Assembly: GCA_050084515.1 (NCBI GenBank)
Contig: CM114271.1
Location: 29,450,001 to 29,514,000, forward strand
Reading direction: 5' to 3'
Source of the DNA: Blasia pusilla
Taxonomy: Eukaryota
Length of the DNA stretch: 64,000 nucleotides
The position numbers and the translations under genes were made by a program. Shown one piece after another: positions 1 through 13,570 of this stretch. Within the stretch, counting starts at the first letter, position 1; each line of letters begins with the position of its first letter. The notes under the pieces are model-generated. The model saw only the letters and a list, made by a program, of their open reading frames with translations. It did not search any database and was not told the DNA's origin.

Positions 1-2800
1 CAGACCATAGTAGCCAACTCTCGCTCCAATCTGCTCAATCTCGGCGACCATAGGCGACTGTCAGTAGTGGTAGGGGTAGCCACCGAGGCTCTCCAACCAT
101 TGGTCCACCTCTACCACCCCTACCACCTCTAGCACCTCGGCCTCTCTGAGCTACTCCACCACGGCCACGGCCTGATCTCAACTCTGGATGAAGATCAAAG
201 CAACGCTCTCGAGGATGACCTAGTCTCCCTTAATGATCACACTGAGTTGGGGCCGACGAGGCCCATCCTCCAAAGTCCGTCTCCCATCCTCTTGGGGACA
301 AAACTTCCTAACATGATCACCTCCACATGTCCAACATGATCGCCCTGCTGCCGCAGGCAGCAAATGAAGGCAATGGTCTCTGCACAAATGTCCCTCTAGG
401 ACTTGATCGAGGTCGCGTGTACCCCACGACTCCCACCACTACTACCACCACCACTACTACGAGATTGTGAGGGTGGGGGCTGAACACTAGAAGTAGTAGT
501 TGTATCCCCTCTTGAATGCGGATGTCACCACTCTTTTCTTCACCATGTTAAGCTCAATCTTCTCAGATAGAGCAAACACATGGGTCAATGTGGGTGAATC
601 ATCACTCATAAGAGTAGCATCACGCACCCTACGGCGCAAATCTCTGTCCAAGATCCCATACTAAAATCGATCGCATGATCCTCGGTCACACCCTGGGTAA
701 TGAAATCAAGCGTCGCCGATACGAGTGTATATATGCCTCACAAAGACTCTCACCAGTCTTTCGGTCAAAGTCTGAAGATTCCTCAACTTCTCCGTCTTCA
801 CTCCTCGATAGTTCTTCTTCAACCTCTTGAAGAACTCGCAACTGGCTGAACGATGGTGGGGCACTAGTACCTCCACTAGTACCCCCACTAGTACCTCCAC
901 CGGTACCCCCACTGCTCGCACTGCACCACTCAACGTCGGGTCGGGTGGCATAGTAGGAGCACTACTACCAATACCACCATGGGTGATAGACACATAGCCT
1001 GGAGACCAATATTGTCTCCATGCCTCAATCTCAAACAACATGGTCCTTCCTAAACTCATGGTAATCATCCATGGTGGTCCTTCCAAGTCTTTGAAACAAC
1101 CCTTCCAAGCCAAGAAGGGTGTAAATAACGTATGCGTTCGCAACATGTGCATATCACACCACATATCAAACTCTTGCATGAAGTCCTCCAACTCAATGGT
1201 GCCCATGCACCGAGTATCGTCGTGGGCCCTTCATAGCCCCATATCCACCGTCCATGTCCCAAATCAATGGAGCCGCAACACTCGATAACAACGAGAAGAC
1301 TCGGTGTTTGGAACACCCTGGTCCTCCTCTTCATCAATCGTTGGAAGTGGAAAAGGTAGCCGATACCTAAATCCACTCGTGTGAAACCACCACCGCCCGC
1401 ACTACGTCCCCAACCAGACCACCCGACACTCTGTGATGACCAACGCCGATGCCGCACCACCACCAAATTACCCAAGTGACGTCGATGTCGCTCTACTATT
1501 GTAGCTCTACTAGCTATGGGTGTAGGCAATCTAACCTCTCATCACCACAAGAAGTCTCCCCACGTCTCATGGTCATCACTCCACCTCACTATCGAGTAGC
1601 ACACAGGAGTAACACTACTCGAAATCAGCGTCAACCCTAACAATGGGCGCAAGCAAGCAAAAGCACGATGGAGGGGATCCGGACATAGGAAGTCCAACGA
1701 CAACCCTCCAACCGCAAATGGAAATCAAGGTAACACAATCCACCAAACGTGGTGCCCCCCGAATCCACAAAACCCACCACACAATTTCTAACGCAATAGC
1801 TACTCCGCCATGGTCGATGACGTGCTAGTCGCAAAGACTGAAAATATCACTTGCATGGAGAGGGCACAAGATACTATGCGCTAGAGGTACATCAAAGAAA
1901 CCTGAGATGCATAAAGCGCCTAACACATCTCCGAACAACACCAAATGAGCTACAACATCAGACACTGGCATAGTTAAGAACTCAGATTAAGCGCCCCTCA
2001 GCAGAATAGCCCAAAGATGGGTGACCAGTTATGCAAAACTCAAATCCCAAATCCTGCAAAAATTGCCTCACGCCCAAGCAAGCTTGCTTGCTTGCTTGCT
2101 CCTTGCTCCTTACTCCGCCTCTCACGCCCACTCGCCCCGAGCTACCACGAGTTGCCTCGAAGCCTCAACATCCACGGCTGAGTACACAATCAGCCCTAAC
2201 CAGATCCTACTGATCTAAAATCAAAGCTACCATCGATCTACTCCAGTTCTTTGAGTGAAATCCGTGAAAGACCTACTGTCATAAAACACGTTTACAATCA
2301 CATACAATCGAGCCAAACCCACTCCACGATGGGAGAATCAGGTCGAAGCTTATGGAAACACCTAGCCAAGAGCTCTACTCACTACCAAGGCTAGCTCCCC
2401 AACGCACAGGCTCAACTCAAAGAAATCGACGTTCTTTGAGTGCACTCCACCTTATATCCTCCAACCTAAGAGCGGGCCCTACTGGGAAAGTCACGCCCAA
2501 CTGAGTAACCCCCAACCCTATGTATGGAACCGCATCTCTACCAATCCACTACAGTCCTACATAAGGAATGGCCTCTACTAGCACACCATACTCTACGACA
2601 TAATCCGTATGGTCATGACAATTTCCCTCACCATCCTCTCCACGTCTTCCAATAGAATGGATCACAACAATTGAGATGAGCCACTGCTCAACTTTGACTA
2701 AATCGGAACTTGAGTTCCAATTTCCTCTTGCACTTCACTGTCTCCTATGCCTCACCATGCCACGCTATAAAAGTCACCACCACACAATTGAACTTAGTGT
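1..2800 (-). mobile_element. 5' part (leader + degenerate gag) of a gypsy-type element related to the DNMT-carrying family; pol would lie left of the window
   Basis: ORF 706-1206 (GTIELEDFMQEFDMWCD...LEGPP...FFKRLKKNYRGVKTEKLRNLQ) matches the gag at 20965-21567 and 40842-41366 (GTIELHNFIAEFRSWCD...HLEGAPMDDYHEF). Zinc-knuckle remnants CWTCGGDHVRKFC and CDHxGRLGHPRERC lie at ~200-340. Right boundary approximate. Confidence 0.7.
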
Positions 2801-2824
2801 GGTATCACACTTAGTCACCCCAAG

Positions 2825-5539
2825 ACTTCTTTGAGGAGAACCTCGTACGCTTGTTCTTCTTGGTCAGCAAATATATGAGGATTTCATCAAACAACACCAC
2901 TACTCCCCTACCTAAAAATCTTGAAAGATAGTATTCATGAGACTCACGAATGTAGTTGGGGCGTTGGTCAGTTTGAATGGCATCACTAGGAACTCATAGG
3001 ATCTAAATCTTGTCCTCATCACGGTCTTATGTTCATCCTCTTTTGCATCTCAGATTTGGTAATACCCTTGCCTTAGGTTTATCTTGGTAAAATACTTGGA
3101 CCTTGCCACCTCATCAATCATTTCATCGGAGAAAGGCAACACATAATTGTTCTTGAGGGTATTTTTGTTCAACTCCCTATAATCCACGCACAAGCGCATA
3201 GACCCATCCATCTTTGAGATGAAAAGGGAAGGGAATCCAAATGCTGACTTACTCAAGAAAATGAACTTCCTTTCCTCCAATACTTTTATGTGCTCATACA
3301 AGAGTTTCCTTTCTTGGGGAATCATCCTTTACAGATTCCTCGTGATTGAGGGAGTTTTGGATTTGAGTTCAATCTTATGATCCACGCCTTGCTTAGGAGG
3401 CAACCCTTTTGGAAGTTCCTTGGTTAAGACATCCCCGAACCCTTCCAAGATTTTCCACACTCTAAGCGGAAGGTTTCCTTTTAGTTCCTCCTTTAGTGGT
3501 GCATCATCCAATTTTGACTACTCAACTTTCAACATGACTCCTCATCGTTGGAACCCACCCTTGAGATCCTTTTCCAATTGCTTGGCTAAAATCAATTGAG
3601 CAACGTGCTTTACTTCATTAATCCTCAAAATTTGAGAATGCAACTTTGCGCTCTGAATCTGAAGAATCCTCATGGCATTTCCATCACCAAGAGGAACCTC
3701 TAACATGCATTTGGCTGATCTAATCACTATGGGATGTCCACACAAAAACCTAAGTGAGAAAATCATATTTTTGTTGCCTAAGCTACATACTATAATATTT
3801 TCCCTAGTGCTAAACTCGGCTTCTAGTTTTTGAATCACCATCTTAATATTCAACATATGGGTTAAGGTGATTTGTGAGTGTTCGTCTGCATAGATCAAAA
3901 CTTGGGATTGCTCCATGTCGATTATAAACACTCCTGACCTCTCCATTGCCTTCGAATCTAGGAAGTTGTAGGTCGTCCCTTGTGTCAATTAAAGTAACCA
4001 CGGATTTTTCTTCCATTAGTACCTCAACTAGAAATTGGCACTCACTAGCATCCTTATGCAACTCCTTGGAAGGCTCATCACCTTCCCTTAGTCCTTGAAG
4101 GCTTTCGAGAAAATTCACTAAACGTCAAGGCGTTTCTCTCCCTTACTTAGTCAACGTCCTTGCGCTTGGTGATTTCTCTTGCTTGTTGCAACGGTGGTTT
4201 TGCCTTCCATTGATCCCTTTCACCTTGGGACACTCCCACTTGAAATGACTAGGATCATGGCACATATAATACCCTCTAGCGACGGGTTCACTCGAGATCA
4301 CTCCTTGCTTGGAACTCGGCAATTTTTGAGGTTTGAACCTTTTGGGTTCTAGCCCTAGATGCGGCCTTGTCTCTTTAGGTTTCCTCTTGTTTGCCCCAAC
4401 AAAAAGTGCCCTTAGCTTCATAACGAGGATCATCTTGTCTTGCTTCTCAAGACTCACATCACCCACCACTAGTTGAGTAGTCATGTCAATATATAGCCCC
4501 CTTTAGCTTCCCAAACTTGTTTGCCGGCGTAGCACTTTTCTCCCTCATTTTACAAGATAGTCCCCGTTCGTAACGAAGACCATATTTTAATCAAGCCTTC
4601 CAATTGAATTTTCCGCAACCGAATCCTAGCTTGAGTTACTTGATCTTGAGATGCCAAACATCTCCTCATTTCTTCAGTAATCATCCTCAATCCGGCTTTG
4701 TGGTGTTTTGGACCTTACAAAATTCTTGGTACCATGTGAGTGCACATGCATCTAATTTTAAAGAGGCCTCGACTCCCCATCTAGTTCTCGAACTTGATAA
4801 GTCCCAAAAATATGCTTTACCTTTGTCAGCCATTGATTGAGGCGCTTCATATCCATCTTGTCTCTATACAAGGATAACTTCTTCCTCACATCTCCCAATT
4901 GATACCTTGGGGAAAAGATTGAAGTTGAACTATATGCCTTCTTGGTCTCCCCAATCACATAGTCCATCTTGGCTTGGGGTAATTCCTTCAACACCTCAAA
5001 GATGATGTGTTGAACCTCATTGGAACTCGCGGGTGTTTGAACCCCCCTAACTTTCCTCCGAGCATCCTTCCTAACATTCTTCTTCACGGGTGATAACTCG
5101 TTGGGCTCATCCATTTGTGTGTCATCCCCAACGAGGTCTAGTTCCTCCAACAAAATGCCAAGAGTCTTGGGTAGAGAGTTTCAGTTGATCGGCCTTTTGT
5201 CCCCTAAACCCTTATCTTGCTCAGGTAACTCATTGAATTCACCTATATTCTTGAACTCTTGAGGGAGATTGGGCCAAATAGGCTCATTCTCCACATCCCT
5301 CAAACCTTACCCAATCCGGGGCAATTTGAGAGCCATAACCTTCTTCCTACCCCTTTGGGGATTGTCTCCATCTTTGGCTATGCCAATCGTTGCCACCAAA
5401 ATTTCCCATTAACCATGGCTTATTTGGTGACTTGCTCTGATACCACATTGTAGAGTCAATCCTCTACTTCCTCTAGCTTCACCTTGAAGCTTTCCCCACG
5501 TTGAGCTTTGCAAGTGGAAGACTTAGCATGAGTCCCAAA
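2825..5539 (-). mobile_element. Truncated conventional Ty3/gypsy LTR retrotransposon (partial 5' LTR, PBS, gag, protease, N-terminal RT)
   Basis: RT motifs KMDGSMRLCVDYRELNKNT...FTKINLRQGYYQI (3050-3325), decayed protease LID(T) near 3990, gag knuckle remnant MCHDPSHFKWECP (~4230-4270), Met PBS at 5434-5445 and LTR edge at 5449. Many stops and frameshifts. Confidence 0.85.
5434..5445 (-). other. tRNA-Met(i) primer binding site
   Basis: Plus strand gctctgatacca = TGGTATCAGAGC on minus, 3 nt from the LTR edge (tgtagag at 5449). Confidence 0.85.
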
Positions 5540-5920
5540 CACTAGAAGAAATCTTGGTTAATATGATTCTAATATATGACTAGGTCGAGTCATTCTTCAT
5601 GGTAAATGACTCATAGTGACTCATAAACAATAGAGTCATATAAACCAAGTCATTTACAAGAAATGACTCAGACTACCCAGAAGGGAAATGACTGACTCAT
5701 TACTTACTCAATCATTGATTTATGACTAGAATATCACACGTGAGGGCGTTGTCATAGTGCCACGTCGTCACATGACATGACAAGAATGTTTTTGTTTTGC
5801 CTCTTAGATTGACACATGTATGAAATGACTAAGTCATAAATCCACTTCACAAATCATCAAATGACATGGCATAGTGACTAGGATTTGAATACCCTATCAC
5901 ATATGACCACGTGTCACCAC
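5540..5920 (+). repeat. Left CACTA terminal inverted repeat / subterminal region
   Basis: Aligns by eye with the reverse complement of 48455-48818 (shared actaggtcgagtca, aaccaagtcatttacaagaaatgact, taggatttgaata). Confidence 0.85.
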
Positions 5921-8900
5921 ATATTATGGAGAATTTTAAATAAAATAACCATGAATTTTTGCATGTAATAATATCATCAAATCATTTTTTGGCACTTGGC
6001 TTTAATGACCGAGTCATTTAAGTTACTTATATTTGTGACTAAGTGAGTCATTATATATTAGTATATGTGTCATTTTACGCGACTGTAAGGGCCATGGATG
6101 TAGGAAAGGACTCGGCCACTCATATAGAATGACTTAGGTAATAATTCATTTTTATTTATTTGAAAGAATTAGTTGTGAGTAATTTTAAATTAGTGTAGTT
6201 GTTTACACGACTATGTCAATCATTGATAATTACGTCCGATCATGGCATGCTAATTTGAGTTCTTGCTTTGACTATTTTAGTCTTGTAGATGACTCCATGA
6301 GTTATTCTTTATCACTGCACCAAAAATAGTTTCTGACTACACAGAATAGTGTTGGCTTGGGTGGTTTATTGTTGAGTCATTGTCCATGTAACTTATGTAA
6401 GTCCCAGTTAGGGACTATTTCTTATTATTGAAGATTCATCTATCATCTTATCTAGTTGTTACTACCACCAAATACAAGATCTTTGTGTACCATAGTCACG
6501 TTTTGCAGAATATAAAAAAAAACAGCAAGAACAAATGAATGAATCCAATGTTTTACAAATTTTAAATCAAATACCATATGAGAATAGTTGTCAAATAGTT
6601 ACCACAAATATGAAAATAGTTACCGAATTTAATCACGCAAGGCATGCATAAAGAACTGACTATATAAACAATGAGCAAACCAAAACAGGATATAATTTTC
6701 AGAAATTCATATAGTTATTGGAAAAACAGAAGCACCATCCGTTTGGTGGGACAAAATCATAGCCATGTGGCACCTATGTTACCTGAGATATTGAAAATCA
6801 GGTGAGAAAATAAAGTTTATTATCCATTAATTGACAAGATAAACATGTAGTTACAGGTCTATGCAAGGGCCTACTAAAAGTATATCTTGTCAACCGAATA
6901 GCCAAACTATCACAAAATTGCTATACTTGGTGAGGTTAGCTATTGTTAGGCAACTAAATACAATGCCCCATTAGAGACATAGATTGGAGTTTCTGAATAC
7001 GCTCAACAACATGCACATTGTCTAGATAGATGTTGCCACATTAGTTGCAAAAAATCTTGAGCTCAGAATAGATGTCGTTGAGTCAATCCTGTAGAATGAT
7101 AATGTTTGAGTGACAAACTTCACTCAAGAACTTGAGTCTACGGAATTGGAGGGAAATGAAGTATAACAAATTAGATAGAAAGAAGAGCTCATCGTCGGTA
7201 CTAATACTCCTTCATACATATAGAGAGTCGAGAGTACCTACTATGAAGATAATCACTTGAGAAAAATGACTAAAAAGGCACGGTGGATGAGGTGGATTGA
7301 AATCTCGTGCAAATTTGTTCGTCTCCTCCTTGCATGAGCCAATCACAAGAACGAGAAATGTAATGTACAATGAGTAACAGAATTGATCTTTTTACATAAA
7401 TTTAATGAGTTCGATCCCCAAGAGGATCATTGTTTGGTGGAAAGAGAGATCAAAATTACAATTCTCTTATATTAAGTGTGTATGATTTAGATTCAATGTC
7501 TCATCAATATCTTCGGATATTTCTCAATACCGAGGTTTCTTTTCTCAATTCTCTCTAGTGGAGTTGACCGCACGCTCAGGTAGATTTCCTCTCGATATCA
7601 AGAAACCTCACAGAGACCTCAACATGACGCTGGCTTCTCCTAGAGACCTCAACATGAAGCTGGCTTCTCCTACTTTGGGAACTCAATCTGTCTCGGCAGG
7701 CTACTCTCTATCAAACAGATTTCCTACAACTCTGTTGATTATTCCATTGATGAGAAAGGTTTGCCTGATTCACTCTTCACTCTACAGACCCAAAAAAAAT
7801 ACTCAGACATAAGCATCGCACATCAGAATAAATGAATGATTGCTTTACTACTCCATCAAGAATGAGAAAGGTGCAAAGTGTTCTACAAGCTTGAGAGGGT
7901 ACTACTCCCTTGCTCGGACCATTCCTACAGCATGAGGACTTCGTAAGAGAATGATAATGATAGCTACTTGCATGTTTCTTAAATACTCTCTGAAGTAGGA
8001 GTGATCCAAAGATTTGAAGCGTTCTTGATGAAGTTGGTGTCTCTTCAAAATTTGTAACTACCTAGATCTATGGTGCTCTTCTCTTTTCCTAAGATCCCTA
8101 TGAATCCGCAGAACAAAATTGTCTTGACTACCTATCTGATACAAAGAGTTGCGCCTTTTCCTATTCTAAATGTTATAGCTATGTGTCGCTTGAAATCACT
8201 GTCAATCTTAGCTTGGCTTCGCTGCTAAGTCTGGACCTCTTTTGCTTCGCTTGAGGATAAAGTTCTTTCTCCTGATGTGAAGACGAAGTGCTTTATTCTT
8301 TGTTCTTGTTCCAAGGGCTTCGTTATTCGTGCTTTGTTCTTCGTGCTTCGTTCAAGAGCGAAGCACTTCATACACAACTTCTTAACAGAGCTTCGTTGTC
8401 TTTTCGAAGCTTCTTGCTGGGTCTTTAGACTTCGTTATTGTATTCTCCTCTCCTCTCAAGCAAATCCTTGATTTTCTATCTCTCTGCCTTGTCCTTGGAG
8501 CTTCGTGATTCACTTTAATCTTACTCATTCTTCTCCATAATAATATCAAAATCATAGTGTATATACAAGTCTTCTTTGAATATAAAGATGTAATTCTTCA
8601 AAAGTACAAAATTATGGGTATCACAAGAAACCATTAGGAATTTTTTAGGTAGGCCAGAACGCTTGCAAGTTGGAACATTTATGTTGTTATTGGCGTTGGA
8701 TCTAAGATTTTCTGAGCATATTTTCGCAAAACCTGATTCCAATAAAATCGTTCGTTTGCATTAACAAATCTCGTCATTATGATGAGTAGATAAAGCTTGC
8801 ATGAGTAGTAGCTCTTTGAGTTGAAATATTTTGAAAGATAGATGTCACCGCCTACTTGACTCCTAATGTGTGGTAATCTAGCTGATTTCAAGTCTCATAA

Positions 8901-9738
8901 GTTACAAATCACACAGCTCCATCGTTGGGACAATACAATGGGTGACAGTCAACGATAAAGTGACGAAGACATACGAGTTCTAATACATCCCAAATCCAAC
9001 AAAGAGAGGACTAAAATGTGATAAAATTGAGTGTCAAAATCAAGATCCATTGTGCAAATCTAGCAGTTAGAACTTTCTCACCGAGAACAGAGAACTGCGT
9101 TATTTCATTGCAACCAAGGGCGATCTAAGAACCTCTAATATGGAAACCAAATGTTGTTGTCACTGGAGTGTGCCAACTAGCAAAAAGTTCCCTGACTACC
9201 AACCAATTACCACCAATTACCAATGAAAACTGCAATGGTAGCCAATACTCTTAAAGTCCTCAATATGGCTCCAAATGAGCTGAAACGAAGGGGAAACCTG
9301 CTCTCTCAGGTTTCTTGGGGCCTCAACAGGTCATCCTTGACCTACTGAGCCTGTCCTCCACTACTCAAGAAGGTGCTCTACTACATCTCACCAATCTATC
9401 CTAAAAGACGTGACAACTGTCGTGCGCATTCACATCGCTACACAACATATATCGTTGTCACCGAACACACACACAAACATGCACGATCCCATGCTAACTC
9501 ATGGCATCCAAACGACGAGACAAGAAGTACTAAAATATCTCTAATCGCCCCCTTAGGTGGTGGTTAGGTCCCTCTAACTCCAGATAGCCATCTATCCCTA
9601 CCTACCATGACATACATCTCTCGGACACTAAGAGCAACAAAGGCCGGGTGCTCATGTGGCCCCATTGTTAGTCGCCTTCTTGTCATCCATGTCACAGAAA
9701 AAGTCGGAATCGAAACCAACCTAGTATCTCCTCTATGT

Positions 9739-11139
9739 TCATCTAGGACACATCCATCGTCCCCGAGGAACCCTAGTGAGAGGTGGCGTCAGACATGCCA
9801 TATGCCAACCTCTCGAATATCCATCACAGACTAGCATCGTGGCCGCACCACGGGCAGAACCACACAACATACAACGCAAGCGTGTAGGAACTACTGCTAA
9901 GCTCGGATCGATTGTACCATCAATGTTAGGAAGATGACATGGCGCACAATTATGCACATGGTCCTTCCATACCATACCATCACGTCCCTCTAGCAAGAGA
10001 ACACCGAATGAAACCTCTGGATAGCATGCACTCTCAGGATAGTGTGCCCTATAGTCACATCCAACATCATCGGTGCCGTCTGCTGCAAGTAAAAATAATT
10101 TTCCTGATGAAACCTCTGGATAGTTGGTCGATAACCACAACCCCGAATATTCGCATACCTCAACGTATCTCGATGCTGCGCAATCGCCAAGTTCTCGAAC
10201 GCCATGGGCATCACTCTCCGAAATAACTCAGCCCTCTAAGAACATGCTTGCATCCATACATATGGGTCATCAAGGTCTAGCACCTCACCAACATCTTGAC
10301 GAATGGCCGTAGGTAAATCTGGCTCTCGGCCATTAAGTATCAAGTACGGTGAAAAAGATGCTAAGGATGTCTGCCTGCTGAATCTGTATCCCATTGCCAA
10401 CCACGGCAACTGGAGGTCCCAATCTCCTAGGTGACCTCTCTGCAAGCCATACTTGCGTGAGCCCCTCTTCACCGTCTGCACAAATCTCTCCGCTAATCCA
10501 TCTGCCTCAGGATGACCTCGCGAAGTCGTGCGATGGTCGATCAGCGCCTTATCACACAAGGTCTAGAACTCACCGCGAAACTCAGTACCCTCGTCTGTCA
10601 GCACCTCAGCCAGTGCACCATAATGACTCAGCACTCTGTCAAGGAAGGCATAAGCTACTCCCTCACTCGCTTTGTCAGGCAATGCAACCAACTTGATCCA
10701 CTTTGAGAAGTACTCGACCATCACCAACACATAATGACTATGACGCTCCGTCAAAGGCAAAGGTCCATCTATACCCTAAGCCCATGATTGGTAATGGATG
10801 CAACTCTGGAGTCGGAGCATTGAACGATGCTTGGACCCGATCACACACCATGCACCTGGCAACAAGCTTCTGAACGTCAGTCTGCATGCCTCGCCACCAA
10901 TACTGAATCTGGAGCAAGTTGTACGTCCGCTTCACCCCAAAGTGACCCAACTCCTCCTGGGCATGCTGCACTAGTCGTGCTCTCTGCAAAGGACGCGGCA
11001 CTATGCCTACTCTACCATCCTCCCAAACCCTCAAAACATGTGTCCACTCCCAACGGAACCGTCCGGCCCGTTGTAGGATCCGATCTCCCTCTCTAGCACC
11101 CACGGTGCTCGCAACGCTGCAAGTACGAAGGTACTCCAA
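9739..11139 (-). pseudogene. Integrase (H2C2 zinc finger + DDE core) with C-terminal PHD finger, copy 1
   Basis: ELGHFGVKRTY...YWWRGM...CMVC; EVLTDEGTEF; HPEADGLAERFVQTVK; CMLC...VCDGYSRGWHMACLTPPLTRVPRGRWMCPR*. Broken by stops and frameshifts. Confidence 0.9.
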
Positions 11140-11163
11140 GACTACTCCATCATCATGAATATC

Positions 11164-12630
11164 TCAGCCACCTTTCGTCTCCTCACTGGCCTTGGGATCC
11201 AAGGACTCTCCACTAGACCTCGCCATCGAAGTCTCCACACTCTGGCTCTCCATAGCCAACATGCCTAAATAGGATGACAAGTGCCATCCTGGCACTAACT
11301 CCTCATCACTCTCTCCATGCCATCGAGCTCTAGTTGCATCTCGCTGTCTCACGCATGGGTTACGACTCAACCCATCTACATTCTGGTTGAGCGTCCCAAG
11401 TCTATGTACCACCTGAAAATCATACTCCTGCAACAAAAGAGCCCATCTTGCAAGCTTCCCTATAAGCTTGTCGGACTCCATCAACCACTTGAGTGGTTGA
11501 TGATCAATGATGATGGTAAAGAGGTTGCCAAATAAGTAACACCTGAAATGCACAACAGCCCACACTGCAGCCAAGCACTTACCCTCATATGAGCTGTACT
11601 TTGCCTCTGCAACGTTGTTCGAGCGGCTAGCGTAAGCCACCATGAAATCTCTACCCTCATCATCATGTTGGGTGAGCACCGCTCAAAGCCCCAACATGCT
11701 CTAATCTGTGTGCAAGTGGAAAGGACGCCCCCTGATCGGTCTCCTCAACATGGGCGCGGACGTCAACCTGTTCTTGAGCAACTGAAAATGCTCACTCGTG
11801 CTCATCCCTTGACGTACCGCCGATAGAAGTTCGCCAATCCCATGAATGCGCAAACACGGCTCACATCTGTAGGGCGTGGAATGCGTGAGATAGCCTCTAC
11901 CTTCGTCTACTAAACACCAAGGCCTCCTGGGTATATAGTATGACCCAAGTACTCAATCTGGTCGTAGAAGAACTTGCACTTGCCTGGATGTAGCTTCAGC
12001 TCATGTAATTGCAATCGTCAAAACACCTCCTCTAGATGTCACTCATGCTCCTCAAGCGTGGCGCTAAAGATTACGATGTCATCAATATAACACCTGGAAA
12101 AATCCAGACCAGCCAAGATCCTATCCATGATCCTCTGAAACTCAACCGGGGCGTTCTTTAACCCAAATGGTAAGAATCGCCACTAGTACAAACAATCCTT
12201 CCCGTGAGGATCGATGCCCTAAAATGCCGTCTTTTGCCTGTCCTCCAATTTGAATAGGCAATTGATGGTATCTAGCTTGCAAATCCAACGAACTCAAGAC
12301 CTTTGCGTGACCAATCACATCAAAGATCTTCTCAGGGATGGGCATGGCATACCTATCGGACTTTGTCTGCCGATTGATAGGTCAGTAATCCCCACACATC
12401 CGCCTATCTGTCCAATTGCCATGCACATCCTTCCTGGTGTGCATGACAGAGGCAGATGCATACTCTCCATGCGACATCTCCACTAGTCCTACTCCGACCA
12501 AGTCCTGGCTCCTACTCTGAATTAGAGCCCTTTCCATATCATTATACATGTAGGGTCGTCGGAAGATTGGCGTATCACTCGACAACTCAATGTGGATCCC
12601 CGGTCCTTTAAGCGTACCCAAATCCTCCAT
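11164..12630 (-). pseudogene. Reverse transcriptase and RNase H, copy 1
   Basis: PIFRRPY, RRMCGDY, SSLDLQARYHQL, YIDD (tcatcaatata at ~12080), VAYASR...YSSYEG...DHQPLKWL...KLARWALLLQEYDF...N..DGLSR. Confidence 0.9.
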
Positions 12631-12919
12631 GCTAAACGCAAATCAACTCCTATAACTCCTGAGGAACTGATGTATCCGGCGCCGCTCTCCTCCTGTCAAC
12701 TTAGGGCCCATATTTGGCTCCCAAGTCTCCATCGTGACTACGGTAGGACTCTCCAACGCGGGTATCGCTGGTTGCTATGTTGCAACCCCGTCTCGAACAA
12801 CAATACTTGGTCGCTCTCTTAGAGCCAACTGCAAATTGTGATCTCCTCCATGTGCAGTGCTCTAAACCACGCTTAATGTTGTGGCTATCTACTCCTGGCG
12901 TACCTGCGAAACATCCCAT

Positions 12920-13570
12920 TTCAGAATGGAATCCACTAACAAATGGGAGGGGCACTCGACTCTTGCATACGCCCTCCGTAACATCGCATGGGGCACCAAG
13001 TTGGTCCACCATAGACGTGGGCGATGGGCTCTAGAACCTACACTTGCTGCATCCAAGAACACTGCTGGGCCGATCCAGATACACACTTGATGAGCACTTG
13101 TCACCACTTGTGAACTGGAGTCTTCTAAGATTGGCATATTCTCCAGAATGTAGGCTGGAGAACCAGATTGGTGCTCTTGCAACTGCCGTAAGACCCTCAA
13201 CATCTCCCAAAACAACCAGGACCGAGTGTCAGCCAACTTGCTGCCTCGTCTAGCACTCGATTGACCGTGACATGGCCAACCAGAAATGACCAAATGAATG
13301 GTCCCTACGCGCTCTAAGTCCTGCGCCCCCAACAACCAAATATCCCTTGGTAGGGAACTCTAGTACCCCTGTACCGCGGACGTACACAATAAGTTTGGAA
13401 AACGTAGGCATAATTGCGCCACATGTTGTAGTGAGACGCGCCTCGCAACATCATCACTCCACATACATGTACTGTTGTACTCGCACTCATGCCTGCAAAA
13501 CAACAGCTAACCCCGTGCTAATCCCTCCAAAGAGATCTAACATTCGAATACCCTCCTCTGGGGTACACCA
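12920..13570 (-). pseudogene. DNMT3-like C5 cytosine methyltransferase domain inside pol, copy 1 (motifs IX/X deleted)
   Basis: IRMLDLFGGISTGL (motif I, ~13510-13550), LVISGWPCHG (motif IV), LFWEMLR, YILENM (motif VI), FLDAASVGSRAHRPRLWWTNL (motif VIII). Confidence 0.9.

Noticed and set aside
2796-2811. tggtatca as PBS for the element at 1-2800
   Set aside because: Wrong strand for that element and only 8 nt of the Met PBS.
12920-13570. Host DNMT3/DRM gene or bacterial restriction-modification methylase contamination
   Set aside because: Intronless, embedded between protease and RT in two colinear retroelement copies, with DNMT3-type non-permuted motifs.
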